DNA of 64,000 bases from an uncultured archaeon (GCA_964480705.1 CAYZPC010000002.1:22254-86253); one strand, 5' to 3'. Numbered from the stretch's first letter, positions 9,366 through 18,894 are shown. Notes: generated from the sequence alone by a model not told the origin. Program-made: numbers and translations.

Positions 9366-9485
9366 AGGGGTTTTTGCTGGTCGATTGCTCCTATTTTTAG
9401 ACCCCTTTTTGGGGGTCGTTCCAAGGTAATTCCCTGGGGGAACGTTTTAAAACATTGGGAATTATTCGACCATTTTCCTCCTCTT

Positions 9486-10871
9486 TTATTTCTCTCCGAA
9501 GAATCCCTTCAGCGCGGGGTGCATATCCATGAGTTGCGCCTTGGCTAATTCTTCGTACAATCGGTATACTATTCCACATGCGAGCAAGACTCCGGTTCCA
9601 GAGACCAAGGAGGCCACCGTAATATCGGATAATCCCGCGAGCAGGGCCACGAAAACAGAGCCCAACACGGTGACGTGTGGAATATAGCGGTCGAGGACCT
9701 TTTGCATAATGCGGGGATCGCGTCGGAAGCCGGGAATGCTCATTCCGCTGCGGTCGAGTTGTTCCGACACGGCTTTGCTTCCTTGTCCGCCTAATTCAAT
9801 CCAAAATTTTCCAAAAATAACACACGTGATGATGAGCACGAGCAAATACACGATGGCTTGTGCAATCTCCATGGCAGTGGTGGATGTAATTCCAAGCGTG
9901 AGCAATCCTTCCAGCAGAGAAAAACTTCCTCCCACGCGCGGGGAAGTAGTCATCCATGAAAGCCCGGAGAAGAGTGTATTCACGTACGGAATTCCTGCGG
10001 TGAGTGCTGTCCACAATTGGATGTTGGCAAATAGCGCCGCGGCCAGAATGACAGGCATGTTTGACACGTACAAAAATTTCACAGGGTATCGTCCGCCCGC
10101 GCCGGATTGTCCCATGGCAATGGGAATGTTCACGTGCATTCCTTCCGCAAAAACAACGGCGAGGAAAATCAATATGACAAACAATATTGGAACGAGTCCC
10201 ACAAACGCAGCGTACGCGTTTCCTTCAATGAGGGATTGTCCAATCGTGAAAATTCGTCCTGCGCTTCCGAATGCATCAACCGGTCTAAACACTTGCCAGA
10301 AGAATCCTTGTGCGACTCCTCCTGCAATGAATAATCCAATTCCGCTTCCAATTCCCCATTTTGAAACGAGTTCATCTAAGTAAAGTAAAATGATGGAGCC
10401 TAATGCAATTTGCAAAACGACAAACAAAAACATTCCCGGTGCGGCGGATAAGAATCCTACGCCCGGCAATCCAAATCCTAAGAAGGCAGCTCCTTCAAAG
10501 AATGATAATAGAATCGCGAGCAATTTCTGCGTCGCGGTAAAGCGTGCTTTGTTTTCGGGGATGGATAAATCAAATTGAATGATTCCTCCACCCACGAGCA
10601 ATTGTAACACAATGGATGCAAGCACAATCGGACCAATTCCAACCGTGATGAGCGAACCAATGTCGGATGCGAGAATCGTTTGCAATGCTTCTACTTGCTG
10701 AACCGATTGTCCTGAAAGTCCAATGAGTTCGATTTGTCCCATGATGAAAAATAAGAGCAATGCTAATCCGGAGAATAACATTTTCTGCATCAACGGGGGA
10801 GCAGTGGTAGGTCTACGTACTTCAGGAAGTAATTTTAGAATGGGGTCGAGACGCTCGAAGAACGAAGTCAT
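9486..10871 (-). CDS. secY: protein translocase subunit SecY/Sec61 alpha
   Basis: LPEV, GIGPIV, DELVSKWGIGSGIGLFIA, YVSNMPVIL, IPGFRRD, SGTGVLL. Confidence 0.99.
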   Translation of the reverse strand: MTSFFERLDPILKLLPEVRRPTTAPPLMQKMLFSGLALLLFFIMGQIELIGLSGQSVQQVEALQTILASDIGSLITVGIGPIVLASIVLQLLVGGGIIQFDLSIPENKARFTATQKLLAILLSFFEGAAFLGFGLPGVGFLSAAPGMFLFVVLQIALGSIILLYLDELVSKWGIGSGIGLFIAGGVAQGFFWQVFRPVDAFGSAGRIFTIGQSLIEGNAYAAFVGLVPILFVILIFLAVVFAEGMHVNIPIAMGQSGAGGRYPVKFLYVSNMPVILAAALFANIQLWTALTAGIPYVNTLFSGLSWMTTSPRVGGSFSLLEGLLTLGITSTTAMEIAQAIVYLLVLIITCVIFGKFWIELGGQGSKAVSEQLDRSGMSIPGFRRDPRIMQKVLDRYIPHVTVLGSVFVALLAGLSDITVASLVSGTGVLLACGIVYRLYEELAKAQLMDMHPALKGFFGEK

Positions 10872-11359
10872 TCAGCATCTCCTTCCCCAGCGGACGGGTC
10901 TCGGGCTTTCGCCTCGCCGCCGGCTGTTTCAAATTGGTCTGCAATTTCACCATTCGCTTCTTCGATTTTGGTGCGTGCTTTTTCGGTGACGCGGACGTTT
11001 TTCACATACCATTCGCCTTTCACGTCGCCGCTTCCAAGCAGAGTAGAAATTCCAATCTTTGATCCGTCAATGACAATCATTCCATCGTCTTCGACAACTT
11101 TTCCTTGTTTCATCCATTTGTCAATTTGAGTAGAAACTTGTCCCACGTTCACTGCTTTTCCTTTGGGGTGGAACGTGTGCAACGTTGTTTTGATTCCGAA
11201 TGTCATCCAGTATTTGGAGAACTTGTGCTTGTGTGAACCGGCGCGTCCGACACCACCGCGGTTTCCGGAACCTCTCCAGTTCTTCGTGTCTCCGTGTCCA
11301 TGAGTGCGTTCACCCAATTGTTTGTTGGCGCGTCTTCGTTTTCGTACAACCATAAGCAT
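10868..11359 (-). CDS. rpl15: 50S ribosomal protein uL15
   Basis: RTHGHG..KNWRGSGNRGGVGRAG..KHK; LLGSG; KARTKIEEANG. Confidence 0.97.
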   Translation of the reverse strand: MLMVVRKRRRANKQLGERTHGHGDTKNWRGSGNRGGVGRAGSHKHKFSKYWMTFGIKTTLHTFHPKGKAVNVGQVSTQIDKWMKQGKVVEDDGMIVIDGSKIGISTLLGSGDVKGEWYVKNVRVTEKARTKIEEANGEIADQFETAGGEAKARDPSAGEGDAE

Positions 11360-11367
11360 TCATCCTT

Positions 11368-11829
11368 TTACATCATTTTCAACAGTAAAGCGTCAATTCC
11401 ACTCTCGTGAAATCCAAGCGGGCCTTTTAATCCCACTCCTTGCTTGATTCCGATTCGACCAAATCCTTTGGAAGGAGAGTTGAGTCGGAACACAGGCTTG
11501 ATTCCAATTTTTTTCAGAGTGGTTTTTCCTTCCGCGAGTGCTTTGGCCAACGCGGCAATGGAATCCATTTTGTGGCTCTTCAAAAATTCCGTCGTGAGGG
11601 GTTTGTCTCCCTCTAATCGAGCGCGTTTTTCCAAGAGTGTCGTGAGTGTCTGCACGTTCACGGGACCATAGGCAGCGTGGTCTTTCACTTGGTGGAGCAT
11701 TCCATCCACGGATGGATTTTTTTCCACTAACACGCAGTGGTTTTTTCGGTCGAGCTGCAATGTTTGCAGTGCGCTGCGTGTTTCAGGTCGGACATTTTTG
11801 AGTCCTCGAATGCGGACAATGGCGTACAT
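11368..11829 (-). CDS. rpl30: 50S ribosomal protein uL30
   Basis: AIVRIRG, GMLHQVKD, KPVFRLNSPSKGF. Confidence 0.96.
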   Translation of the reverse strand: MYAIVRIRGLKNVRPETRSALQTLQLDRKNHCVLVEKNPSVDGMLHQVKDHAAYGPVNVQTLTTLLEKRARLEGDKPLTTEFLKSHKMDSIAALAKALAEGKTTLKKIGIKPVFRLNSPSKGFGRIGIKQGVGLKGPLGFHESGIDALLLKMM

Positions 11830-12728
11830 TACTGGTGTCCCCCTGCGATTTGACTAAATTTGCGCTGCATATCCGGAGACATGCGCACACGGTTCAATTG
11901 TTCAATAGCATTGTAGGCGGCGCGAACATAGTTTAGTTTGGTGTCCGAGCTTCCTTTTGTTTTTCCCCAAACATCGGTGATTCCAGCAAATCGGAAAACG
12001 TCTTGAATTTGTTTTCCAACCACTAAGCCAGTTCCCTGCGGCGCAGGATAGAGTGTGACGCGCACCGAGCCGGCTTTTCCGGTTACTTTAAACGGAACAC
12101 TTCGTGTCGTGTTGGAAAAGTCTTCCCAACTTCCGCTGCCCACTTTCACAGGCATGAGTTTGAGTCGAGCGTCTCGTCCGGCTTTTCGAATGGCGGGAAA
12201 GCGTTCCTTGTCGGAGCCCATTCCTAATCCGATGTATTTTTTTCCGTCTCCCACTAAGACGAATGCGGCAAAGTTGAATTTTCGTCCAGAGGCTCGAACA
12301 TAGGTTGTTTTGCGCGTGTCAATCATTTGCTCTTGCAAATCCGGCACTAACATGTCGATGATTTCGCTTTCGAGGATGGGCAAGTGTCTCGACCACAATT
12401 CTTCCATGGTTTTGACTTCACCTGATTTGACAAGGCGTCCCGCTTCTGTTTTGGGAGTCCAATCGTCAATGACTTGCTGTTGCTCTCGAGATAATGAACC
12501 AGTGGCTGATGCTTCCATTTCTTTCAACTGTTCATCTGTCATGAGTTCTTTTCGAGAGACTTCTCCTCGTCGCGGTCCGCCGCGAGGTGCTCCGCGTGCT
12601 CCGCCGAATCCACCGCGTGCTCCGCCAAATCCGCCGCGTCCGCCTCTTCCTTCGCGAGGAGGTTTTCCGCGTGGAGCAAATCCACCAGGTCGTCCGGATC
12701 GGGGGGGTCGTTTCTTTTCGTCACTCAT
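11829..12728 (-). CDS. rps5: 30S ribosomal protein uS5 with long RGG-rich N-terminal extension
   Basis: WTPKT..GRLVKSG, GSGSWE, VPFKVTGKAGSVRV, PAPQGTGLV. Confidence 0.97.
   Translation of the reverse strand: MSDEKKRPPRSGRPGGFAPRGKPPREGRGGRGGFGGARGGFGGARGAPRGGPRRGEVSRKELMTDEQLKEMEASATGSLSREQQQVIDDWTPKTEAGRLVKSGEVKTMEELWSRHLPILESEIIDMLVPDLQEQMIDTRKTTYVRASGRKFNFAAFVLVGDGKKYIGLGMGSDKERFPAIRKAGRDARLKLMPVKVGSGSWEDFSNTTRSVPFKVTGKAGSVRVTLYPAPQGTGLVVGKQIQDVFRFAGITDVWGKTKGSSDTKLNYVRAAYNAIEQLNRVRMSPDMQRKFSQIAGGHQ
12592..12633. repeat. 21-bp tandem duplication inside rps5 (encodes GFGGARG twice)
   Basis: ccgcgtgctccgccgaatcca / ccgcgtgctccgccaaatccg. Confidence 0.85.
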
Positions 12729-13312
12729 GCTTTAACACGCTCATCAATTGTTTTCTTGGTTGTTTCCACCATGGATGAAAATTTTTCCACGGAGACTTTT
12801 TCTTTCACGTATACTGCAAATTGGCTGCGATTCATTTTAGAAGGCTCCTTTTGCGCATACGCATCCACATGTTTTCCGGCTAATCGTTCAACTTTAGGGA
12901 ATGAAACGGGGTCGGCTTTCACGCTGATTCCTGCATCCACCATTCCTTTGATGGCGGCAAACAATCGTGTGCCGTGAATCGCGGGCTGAATACCTAAATC
13001 CACAATCACGTCGCCGCTCTTTTGTTTGACGGCGAGTTTTTTTCCGGCTAAGTATCCTGTCAAGTATGCGGCAGGAATGTTTCCGCCGTGTCCTTTGTAT
13101 GTGTATTCGGATAATTCTTTCGTGTGGGCTGCAACGACAATCGTGTCGTTTCCTTTTTCGGTTTGCACAAGCTGCACGCTCAAGTTGTTGGTTGACTTTC
13201 GAATCACGGCACGTGTGAGTCCGCCTTTGACGAAGGCCAATCTCTTGGTGTAATTCGTTCGTCCTTCAGCGCGTCGGCGGAAAGGAGTTTGGAATGTGCT
13301 TGTTTTACTCAT
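12725..13312 (-). CDS. rpl18: 50S ribosomal protein uL18
   Basis: FRRRAEGRTNY.KRL, NIPAAYLTGYL, DLGI. Confidence 0.97.
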   Translation of the reverse strand: MSKTSTFQTPFRRRAEGRTNYTKRLAFVKGGLTRAVIRKSTNNLSVQLVQTEKGNDTIVVAAHTKELSEYTYKGHGGNIPAAYLTGYLAGKKLAVKQKSGDVIVDLGIQPAIHGTRLFAAIKGMVDAGISVKADPVSFPKVERLAGKHVDAYAQKEPSKMNRSQFAVYVKEKVSVEKFSSMVETTKKTIDERVKA

Positions 13313-13746
13313 TTGGTTTCACCTTCCACCGTTTGCAATAAATGTTTCTTTCCGCGGAAATAATTTCCTTTGACGCGGCGATAATATTCGGAATAGGGTC
13401 CTTTCAATTTTCCTTCGGTCTTGAGAGAGCGAAGCGTGGTTCGCAATGCGCGCACGCGATCTTGCCACATTTTCTTGGGCTGTGAACGTGCTTTCTTGCT
13501 TCCGGTTCGTTTTCCTTGTCCTTGTTTTCGGCCCACGCGTTTCTTCGCATGTAAGATGCGTGCCGCTCCGCGGGAGTGACCTTGGTCTTTGCGCTTTCGC
13601 ACAATGCGTTGCGCAACCAGGTTGCGAATGTCGTCTCGCGTCATGGCTTCTAATGCTTTGGTCATCTGTGTCGGGTCCACCCAAATTTTGGTTTCTCCAA
13701 CGCCCATGATTTCGGCAGCCATTCGTTTGATTTTTCGGGGATTCAT
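13309..13746 (-). CDS. rpl19e: 50S ribosomal protein eL19
   Basis: KRMAAEIMGVG..KIWVDP, TRDDIR, GKRTGSKKAR, KGNYF. Confidence 0.97.
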   Translation of the reverse strand: MNPRKIKRMAAEIMGVGETKIWVDPTQMTKALEAMTRDDIRNLVAQRIVRKRKDQGHSRGAARILHAKKRVGRKQGQGKRTGSKKARSQPKKMWQDRVRALRTTLRSLKTEGKLKGPYSEYYRRVKGNYFRGKKHLLQTVEGETK

Positions 13747-13747
13747 G

Positions 13748-14407
13748 TTAGTTCAACACCTGGATTTTTTTCTCATTGGCTATTTTGATGAGTGCAATTT
13801 TCTTTTTGCGTCCAACCGTTCCTGAGATTCGGGCGGCTTCGTGAGGTTTCATCGTGTTGAAATCTCGCGCGGACTGAATCAACACTTCGCGATACCCTGA
13901 CGGATGCATGAAGCGAATCGCTTTGGGTGTGCGGTAGCCGGACTGCACGAGCATTCCGTCGTCTTTGCGCAACAGCATGTCTTCTCCGCGGGGCTTTCGC
14001 CACTTGTCATATTTTGGATTCTTTCGCGTGCGCAAATTCTTCTTTCCGAATCGTCCCCAGAAAACGGGTTTCCATTTTCCGAGCAAATCGTCTTGGTTTT
14101 CTTTAACGTCATCTGTTTTCTTGACTTTTTCTTTTTTGACCCAAGCTGCTTTCGTTCCTTTTTTCTTAGCAGGTTTGTTTCCAGCCGATGTTTTTTCGAC
14201 TTTGGTTTCTTTCGCGCTTGTTGTTTTTTCAGCTTTCTTAGCAGGTTTGGTTTCTGCTTTCGCTTCGTGCGCGTGAGTAACTTCTTTCGCTAAGGGAGGG
14301 TGCGTGTTTGTGTGCGTGTGCGAAACTTCTTTGGCTTGCGCCACAGGCGGATGCTTCGCCGGAGTCACTGTCGTGTTGGATGTGTTCATGTTTTTCTCCG
14401 TGCTCAT
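13748..14407 (-). CDS. rpl32e: 50S ribosomal protein eL32 with about 95-aa N-terminal extension
   Basis: KPVF, WRKPRG, GYRTPKAIRFMHPSGYREVL, VGRKKK, QVLN. Confidence 0.95.
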   Translation of the reverse strand: MSTEKNMNTSNTTVTPAKHPPVAQAKEVSHTHTNTHPPLAKEVTHAHEAKAETKPAKKAEKTTSAKETKVEKTSAGNKPAKKKGTKAAWVKKEKVKKTDDVKENQDDLLGKWKPVFWGRFGKKNLRTRKNPKYDKWRKPRGEDMLLRKDDGMLVQSGYRTPKAIRFMHPSGYREVLIQSARDFNTMKPHEAARISGTVGRKKKIALIKIANEKKIQVLN

Positions 14408-14946
14408 GCTGATTCTCCCTTGCTAGTAATGTAAATTCCATCTTGGAAGACGCGCTGGTCTTTCTTCGTATCGCGGGTCGCTTTTTCCATGTTGGCAGCG
14501 GTTTGTGAAACGTCTTCGACGTTGTTTCCCGTTACGGTAATGTCTTTTCCTTTGATTTCGACTTTGGTTTCTTTTCCAACAATCTTGCTTAATCGAGGAT
14601 TTTTTTCTCCTAAATAGTTGGAGACTTCCACGAGGTTTCCTTTGACTTTAATGTTCATGGGGAAGTGCGAGTGGACAACGGATAACTTGTACGTATATCC
14701 TTTTTCCAATCCCTGAATCAAATTTTTCACGTGTGATTCGATGGCGTTGAGAATGGCAAACGTGTGTCTTCGCTCGTTGAGGGGCGTGACTTTGATGTCT
14801 TGTCCGTGGACTTCAATGGTAACTTCGGGCGTGGCGAGTGCTTTGTGCACGGTCTTTCCGCCTTTGGTTAGCGTGAGCGTGCCGTGCTGGAAGCTAATAG
14901 CAATCCCTGCCGGAATGGCAATCGTGGTGTGGGTTGTTTTGGCCAT
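14404..14946 (-). CDS. rpl6: 50S ribosomal protein uL6
   Basis: SHFPM, NYLGEK, QTAANME, DQRVFQDGIYI. Confidence 0.98.
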   Translation of the reverse strand: MAKTTHTTIAIPAGIAISFQHGTLTLTKGGKTVHKALATPEVTIEVHGQDIKVTPLNERRHTFAILNAIESHVKNLIQGLEKGYTYKLSVVHSHFPMNIKVKGNLVEVSNYLGEKNPRLSKIVGKETKVEIKGKDITVTGNNVEDVSQTAANMEKATRDTKKDQRVFQDGIYITSKGESA

Positions 14947-14971
14947 AGTGGTATCCTCGTGGGAATGTTTT

Positions 14972-15364
14972 TTAGTAGATGTAGGCGAGCAATCGTCCTC
15001 CGATGGCTTTCTCTTTACTTTCAGCGTGCGTCATCACACCTTGCGAGGTTGAAACAATAATAGTTCCAATGTCTCGCGCGGGTAAGTATCGCATTTCGAA
15101 GCGTTCAAACTCATTCTTTTTCACCGCGTAGCGGGGCTTGATGGCTGAAACGTGGTTGATTTTTCCGAGCAATTCAACTTTGTACATCTTTTTGTGTCGC
15201 TCTGCAACCTCTTCCACATTCGAAATGTATCCTTTTTCCTTCATCACGCGCAAAATTTGTCCCAATAATTTGGAACCGGGTTTAATGATAATGCTTCGTT
15301 TGGAGGCGGTCTCGCTGTTTTGAATGTGCGTCAGCGCATCGGCGATTGGATCGATTTGACTCAT
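14972..15364 (-). CDS. rps8: 30S ribosomal protein uS8
   Basis: DPIADAL, YLPARD.G, STSQGVMTH, GGRLLAYIY. Confidence 0.98.
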   Translation of the reverse strand: MSQIDPIADALTHIQNSETASKRSIIIKPGSKLLGQILRVMKEKGYISNVEEVAERHKKMYKVELLGKINHVSAIKPRYAVKKNEFERFEMRYLPARDIGTIIVSTSQGVMTHAESKEKAIGGRLLAYIY

Positions 15365-15377
15365 CTTTTTTCCTCCA

Positions 15378-15560
15378 TTAACTGTACTTCTTGAAACCCA
15401 TCATTGGGGCGAATTGTTTGAAGCATCGTCTACACAAGTTGATGCCGTATTTGTGCACCATTCCCTTGTTGTTTCCGCAGTTCTTACAATAGCTATTTCT
15501 TCCTTCCTTGGGGCGCTTTTTTTGTTCAGCTTTCATTTTTGCTTTAGCTTCGTTTATCAT
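15378..15560 (-). CDS. rps14: 30S ribosomal protein uS14 (Zn-binding)
   Basis: CKNCG...KYGINLCRRCF...GFKKY. Confidence 0.96.
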   Translation of the reverse strand: MINEAKAKMKAEQKKRPKEGRNSYCKNCGNNKGMVHKYGINLCRRCFKQFAPMMGFKKYS

Positions 15561-15566
15561 GCACCG

Positions 15567-16112
15567 TCACCCCTGGATTTTCTCCACAATGTTTGTTCCA
15601 AATGTCTCGTGAACGAAGTTCATGGCTTCGTCTTTCGTAATCATGTGTTTCTTTCCAATGCTCGCAGGTCGGACGCGTCGTTTTTTGATGCGGTAGCCAG
15701 GCCGTTCAAGTGTCACAAGGACATCGAATCCGCGAATTCCTAATTTAGGATCGTATTTTGCTCCGGGCAAATCAATGTATTCTTTGATTCCGAATCCAAA
15801 GTTTCCAACCTTGTCGAAGCAGCGCTTCGTGAGCGTGTTTTCTTTGGCTTGCAATGCGGTCTTCAAGAATGCGTGTGCTTTTGTTTTGCGCAGCGTGACT
15901 TTAAGTCCAATGGGCAGTCCTTCTCGGATTCCCCACGTGGGAATTTTCACTTTACAGCGCGTTTGCACAGGTGTCATTCCGGTGAGTTTCTTCATGATGT
16001 CAGAGGCCTTGTTCAAGGGTTCGCCGGTCTGTCCCACACCCATGTTAATGGTGACTTTCTCCACGCGAATGGCGCGCATCGTATTTTTGGTGTTAGTCGT
16101 TGTGGAAGTCAT
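15567..16112 (-). CDS. rpl5: 50S ribosomal protein uL5
   Basis: EKVTINMGVG, GIREG.PIG.KVTLR, FGFGIKEYID.PG.KYDP; ATG 16112 overlaps the eS4 stop (ATGA). Confidence 0.98.
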   Translation of the reverse strand: MTSTTTNTKNTMRAIRVEKVTINMGVGQTGEPLNKASDIMKKLTGMTPVQTRCKVKIPTWGIREGLPIGLKVTLRKTKAHAFLKTALQAKENTLTKRCFDKVGNFGFGIKEYIDLPGAKYDPKLGIRGFDVLVTLERPGYRIKKRRVRPASIGKKHMITKDEAMNFVHETFGTNIVEKIQG

Positions 16113-16852
16113 TTGGCTTTCACCCCATTTGTGAGTGTCTTCAACCAATCAGCGGTGTGAGAGTCAATGACCATCACATTCACAGCGGTTGTTTGGAATG
16201 TGGCATTTCCTTCAGAGAGGCTCACGAGTTTGTCGCGCTTCATCGTTCCTTCTAAGATGGATTCGATTTTGGCAACTTCTCCCACGTGAGATCCGCCGGT
16301 AATCAAAACGCGGTTTCCTTTGGCGAAAGATAAGTGTTCGCTGACTTTCGTTCCTTCCACGTTGGTCAAAACCGAATCGCCCACATTGATTTTTCCGTCA
16401 ATTCCGCGGAATGTTTTTCCGTCGTGCGTTTGAATCATGAGTTTGTTTCCTTTGGCGAGTTGTTTTGAAACCACTTTCACAGGTTTTGTTTTGAGTGCGT
16501 TCTCGCTGGCTTCCATCACTTTTAATCGTCCTTTATCATCCAGCACCATTCGGTAGTTCTTTTTCAGACTGGGAATAGTGAGCGTGTCAAATAATCCTAC
16601 GGAGAACTGGTGTGACTTTCGGACTTTTCCATCCACTAAAACAGTTCCTTTCGAAATAATTTGTTTGGCTTCGCGGAGTGTTTTTGCCATGTTCAGCATG
16701 TCGCGCACGATGAATCCTAATGGAACGCTCGTGAGTTGGTTATGCGTGCCGGGCTTCTGTCGAATCGTCCAAACGAATTCTTTTCGTTTGAGGTGGCGAA
16801 TCGTTCCGACGGAGAGTCGCTTTTGCTTGTTTACCGTTCCTTTGCTTGACAT
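16109..16852 (-). CDS. rps4e: 30S ribosomal protein eS4
   Basis: QKRL, PGTH, RDML..A.TLREAK, VDGKVR, HDG, ITGGSHVG. Confidence 0.97.
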   Translation of the reverse strand: MSSKGTVNKQKRLSVGTIRHLKRKEFVWTIRQKPGTHNQLTSVPLGFIVRDMLNMAKTLREAKQIISKGTVLVDGKVRKSHQFSVGLFDTLTIPSLKKNYRMVLDDKGRLKVMEASENALKTKPVKVVSKQLAKGNKLMIQTHDGKTFRGIDGKINVGDSVLTNVEGTKVSEHLSFAKGNRVLITGGSHVGEVAKIESILEGTMKRDKLVSLSEGNATFQTTAVNVMVIDSHTADWLKTLTNGVKAK

Positions 16853-16855
16853 ATT

Positions 16856-17251
16856 TTACTGCTCCTTTCCACCTGTTTTTTTCTCAGCTTTTGCTGGAGT
16901 ACTTGAACTTTTTTTGAATCGTTTTTTGTCTTTCGCATCTACTGCGGTAATCATAATGTTGCTCGGTCGGAATGCGAGGAAGGCTTCTTTTCCATCCGTC
17001 TTTTTGCGCATCACGCCTTGAATGTAAACTTTGTTTCGCTTTCGGTCCACTTGGTTGACGTTTCCTGTTTTTCCAACGTAGTCTCCGCGCATGACTTTAA
17101 CGGTGTCTCCCACTCTCAAGGGGATGGAGCGCACCGCGTATTTCGTGCGGAGGTCCTTTGACAAGTGTGCAGCCATGTTGCTTCCTTGCAGTCGCAAGTC
17201 TGCTTCATACACGGCCTTGCGTTGCTTTCCGGGGTTAATCGTTCCATTCAT
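16856..17251 (-). CDS. rpl24: 50S ribosomal protein uL24
   Basis: PGKQRK, LSKDLR.KY, GDTVKVMRGD, PSNIMIT. Confidence 0.97.
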   Translation of the reverse strand: MNGTINPGKQRKAVYEADLRLQGSNMAAHLSKDLRTKYAVRSIPLRVGDTVKVMRGDYVGKTGNVNQVDRKRNKVYIQGVMRKKTDGKEAFLAFRPSNIMITAVDAKDKKRFKKSSSTPAKAEKKTGGKEQ

Positions 17252-17262
17252 ACACGTTCACC

Positions 17263-17661
17263 TTACACGACTCCGGCGGAAATTCCTGCAATCTTAGGAA
17301 AACGCTCGGCGACTTCTTTGGCAATGACTCCTTTCACTTCGGATGCTTTGGGCAATCCTTTTTCATCAACCAAAACAACGGCGTTGTCTTCGAATTTGAT
17401 GCGTGTTCCGTCCGGTCGCTTGTATTCTTTCTTCACGCGCACAATAACAGCTCGTTCAACTTTTGAGCGGATTTGAGGCTTTCCTGTTTTCACCACAATG
17501 TTCACCATGTCGCAGATTCCTGCTTTAGGCTGCATTCGCTTTCGAGCGGTGTGGCGGAACACAGAGATAATTTCCACAATCTTCGCACCTGAGTTGTCGG
17601 CGCAGAAGCATCGTGATTTTTTCGTGAGTCCTTTTACAGGAGAGGCACTAATGGCTTTCAT
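17263..17661 (-). CDS. rpl14: 50S ribosomal protein uL14
   Basis: CADNSGAK, AVIVR, RPDG.RIKFEDNA.V. Confidence 0.98.
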   Translation of the reverse strand: MKAISASPVKGLTKKSRCFCADNSGAKIVEIISVFRHTARKRMQPKAGICDMVNIVVKTGKPQIRSKVERAVIVRVKKEYKRPDGTRIKFEDNAVVLVDEKGLPKASEVKGVIAKEVAERFPKIAGISAGVV

Positions 17662-18038
17662 GCGGATTCCTCCAGGTGTGTTTTTTCTTCTTTAGTCTTC
17701 GTGTGCTTGACGGCTTCATTCATTTCTTCGTGCGTTGCTTCCAAGCGCGCGCGTCCGACGATTTCAGTCACAATGAATGCTTTGGTCTTGCTGATCTTGC
17801 GTGTCTCGCCAATTTTAACGATGTCATTTTCCTTCGCGTTGATGGTTTCAGGATTGTGCGCGTGTACTTTTGAGCGGACTTTCTTGTATCGTTCGAACTT
17901 CGGAATGTACACGACGATTTCGCGCAGCACGGTAACCATTTTGGGTGTTTTGGCACTAACGACTTTTCCAACAAATTCGTTTCCGCGAACGGGATACTCA
18001 GTTTGAGCTTTTTGAGCGTGTTTGGCTGTCTTAGGCAT
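17658..18038 (-). CDS. rps17: 30S ribosomal protein uS17
   Basis: VRG..F.G.VVS, PKFERY, AHNP, ETRKISKTK. Confidence 0.97.
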   Translation of the reverse strand: MPKTAKHAQKAQTEYPVRGNEFVGKVVSAKTPKMVTVLREIVVYIPKFERYKKVRSKVHAHNPETINAKENDIVKIGETRKISKTKAFIVTEIVGRARLEATHEEMNEAVKHTKTKEEKTHLEESA

Positions 18039-18330
18039 AGTGCTTTCCCCCGTTCTTTAATCGTTCAATCGGATTTCCCACTAATTCGTGTCCTTCGATT
18101 TCAACGATTTCTCCATCTAAGTCAAAGGCGAACGTGCTTTCGTTCTTGGGCAGTTTTTTTTCCGTGTTATTCATATCAATCACAATTGTTCGCTGTGTTT
18201 CGTCAACCATTTTTCCAAACAATCCTTTCTTGCTCGCGTCCACACTCTCAACGACTTTCACGTTCAGTCCGATGAGCTCGTGAATGGGAAGCACTTTCCC
18301 GGTGAGCGTGTAGTGGTTTGTTTTAATCAT
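18031..18330 (-). CDS. rnp1: ribonuclease P protein component 1 (Rpp29)
   Basis: HELIGLNVKVV, G..VDET, PK...F.F, P.ERLK; canonical position. Confidence 0.93.
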   Translation of the reverse strand: MIKTNHYTLTGKVLPIHELIGLNVKVVESVDASKKGLFGKMVDETQRTIVIDMNNTEKKLPKNESTFAFDLDGEIVEIEGHELVGNPIERLKNGGKHYA

Positions 18331-18622
18331 GGATTGAGTTCTCCTTGAAGCCTTCTTGGATGAGGATTTTTTTCACTTCTTTTTTGTGGTTTCCCTGCAA
18401 CTCGATGCGGCTTCCTTCCATGGTTCCGCCGCACGCAAGTTTGCTTTTCAACGTTTTTGCCACTTCTTTCGCAATGGATTCTTCCAGACCTTCCACGATG
18501 GTAATATATTTTTTGAATCGTCTCTGTTCTGTTCGAATCGTAATTTTTTGACTTTCCTTGGCGATTTGTCCGCAAACACAAATGTTTTTGGGCAATCCGC
18601 ACGTGGCGCATACCGTTTCCAT
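18323..18622 (-). CDS. translation initiation factor aIF1 (SUI1)
   Basis: C..CGLP...CVC, LKSKLACGGT, IELQGNH. Confidence 0.95.
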   Translation of the reverse strand: METVCATCGLPKNICVCGQIAKESQKITIRTEQRRFKKYITIVEGLEESIAKEVAKTLKSKLACGGTMEGSRIELQGNHKKEVKKILIQEGFKENSIHD

Positions 18623-18624
18623 CC

Positions 18625-18894
18625 TTAGTGTTTCACCTCTCCTTTTTTGGCTGATTTATTTTTTGAAGAAACTGATTTGACAGCGTTCTTTTTCGCAGCC
18701 ATATCTTTCTCTTTCATAATGGTAAAGATTCGCGCGACTTGCTTGCGCAATCCTTTTGCTTTTCCGGGATTTTCCGGTCGTGTATTCGTTGACTTGGTTG
18801 CTTTCTCGCGTGCGAGCTCGTTCTTCAAGTCAGTAAGTTTGATGGTCAATTCCGACACACCCATGTTTCGAATTTCGGTCAGCTTCTTATTCAT
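18625..18894 (-). CDS. rpl29: 50S ribosomal protein uL29
   Basis: EIRNM..EL, ENPGK..LRKQVARI.T. Confidence 0.94.
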   Translation of the reverse strand: MNKKLTEIRNMGVSELTIKLTDLKNELAREKATKSTNTRPENPGKAKGLRKQVARIFTIMKEKDMAAKKNAVKSVSSKNKSAKKGEVKH

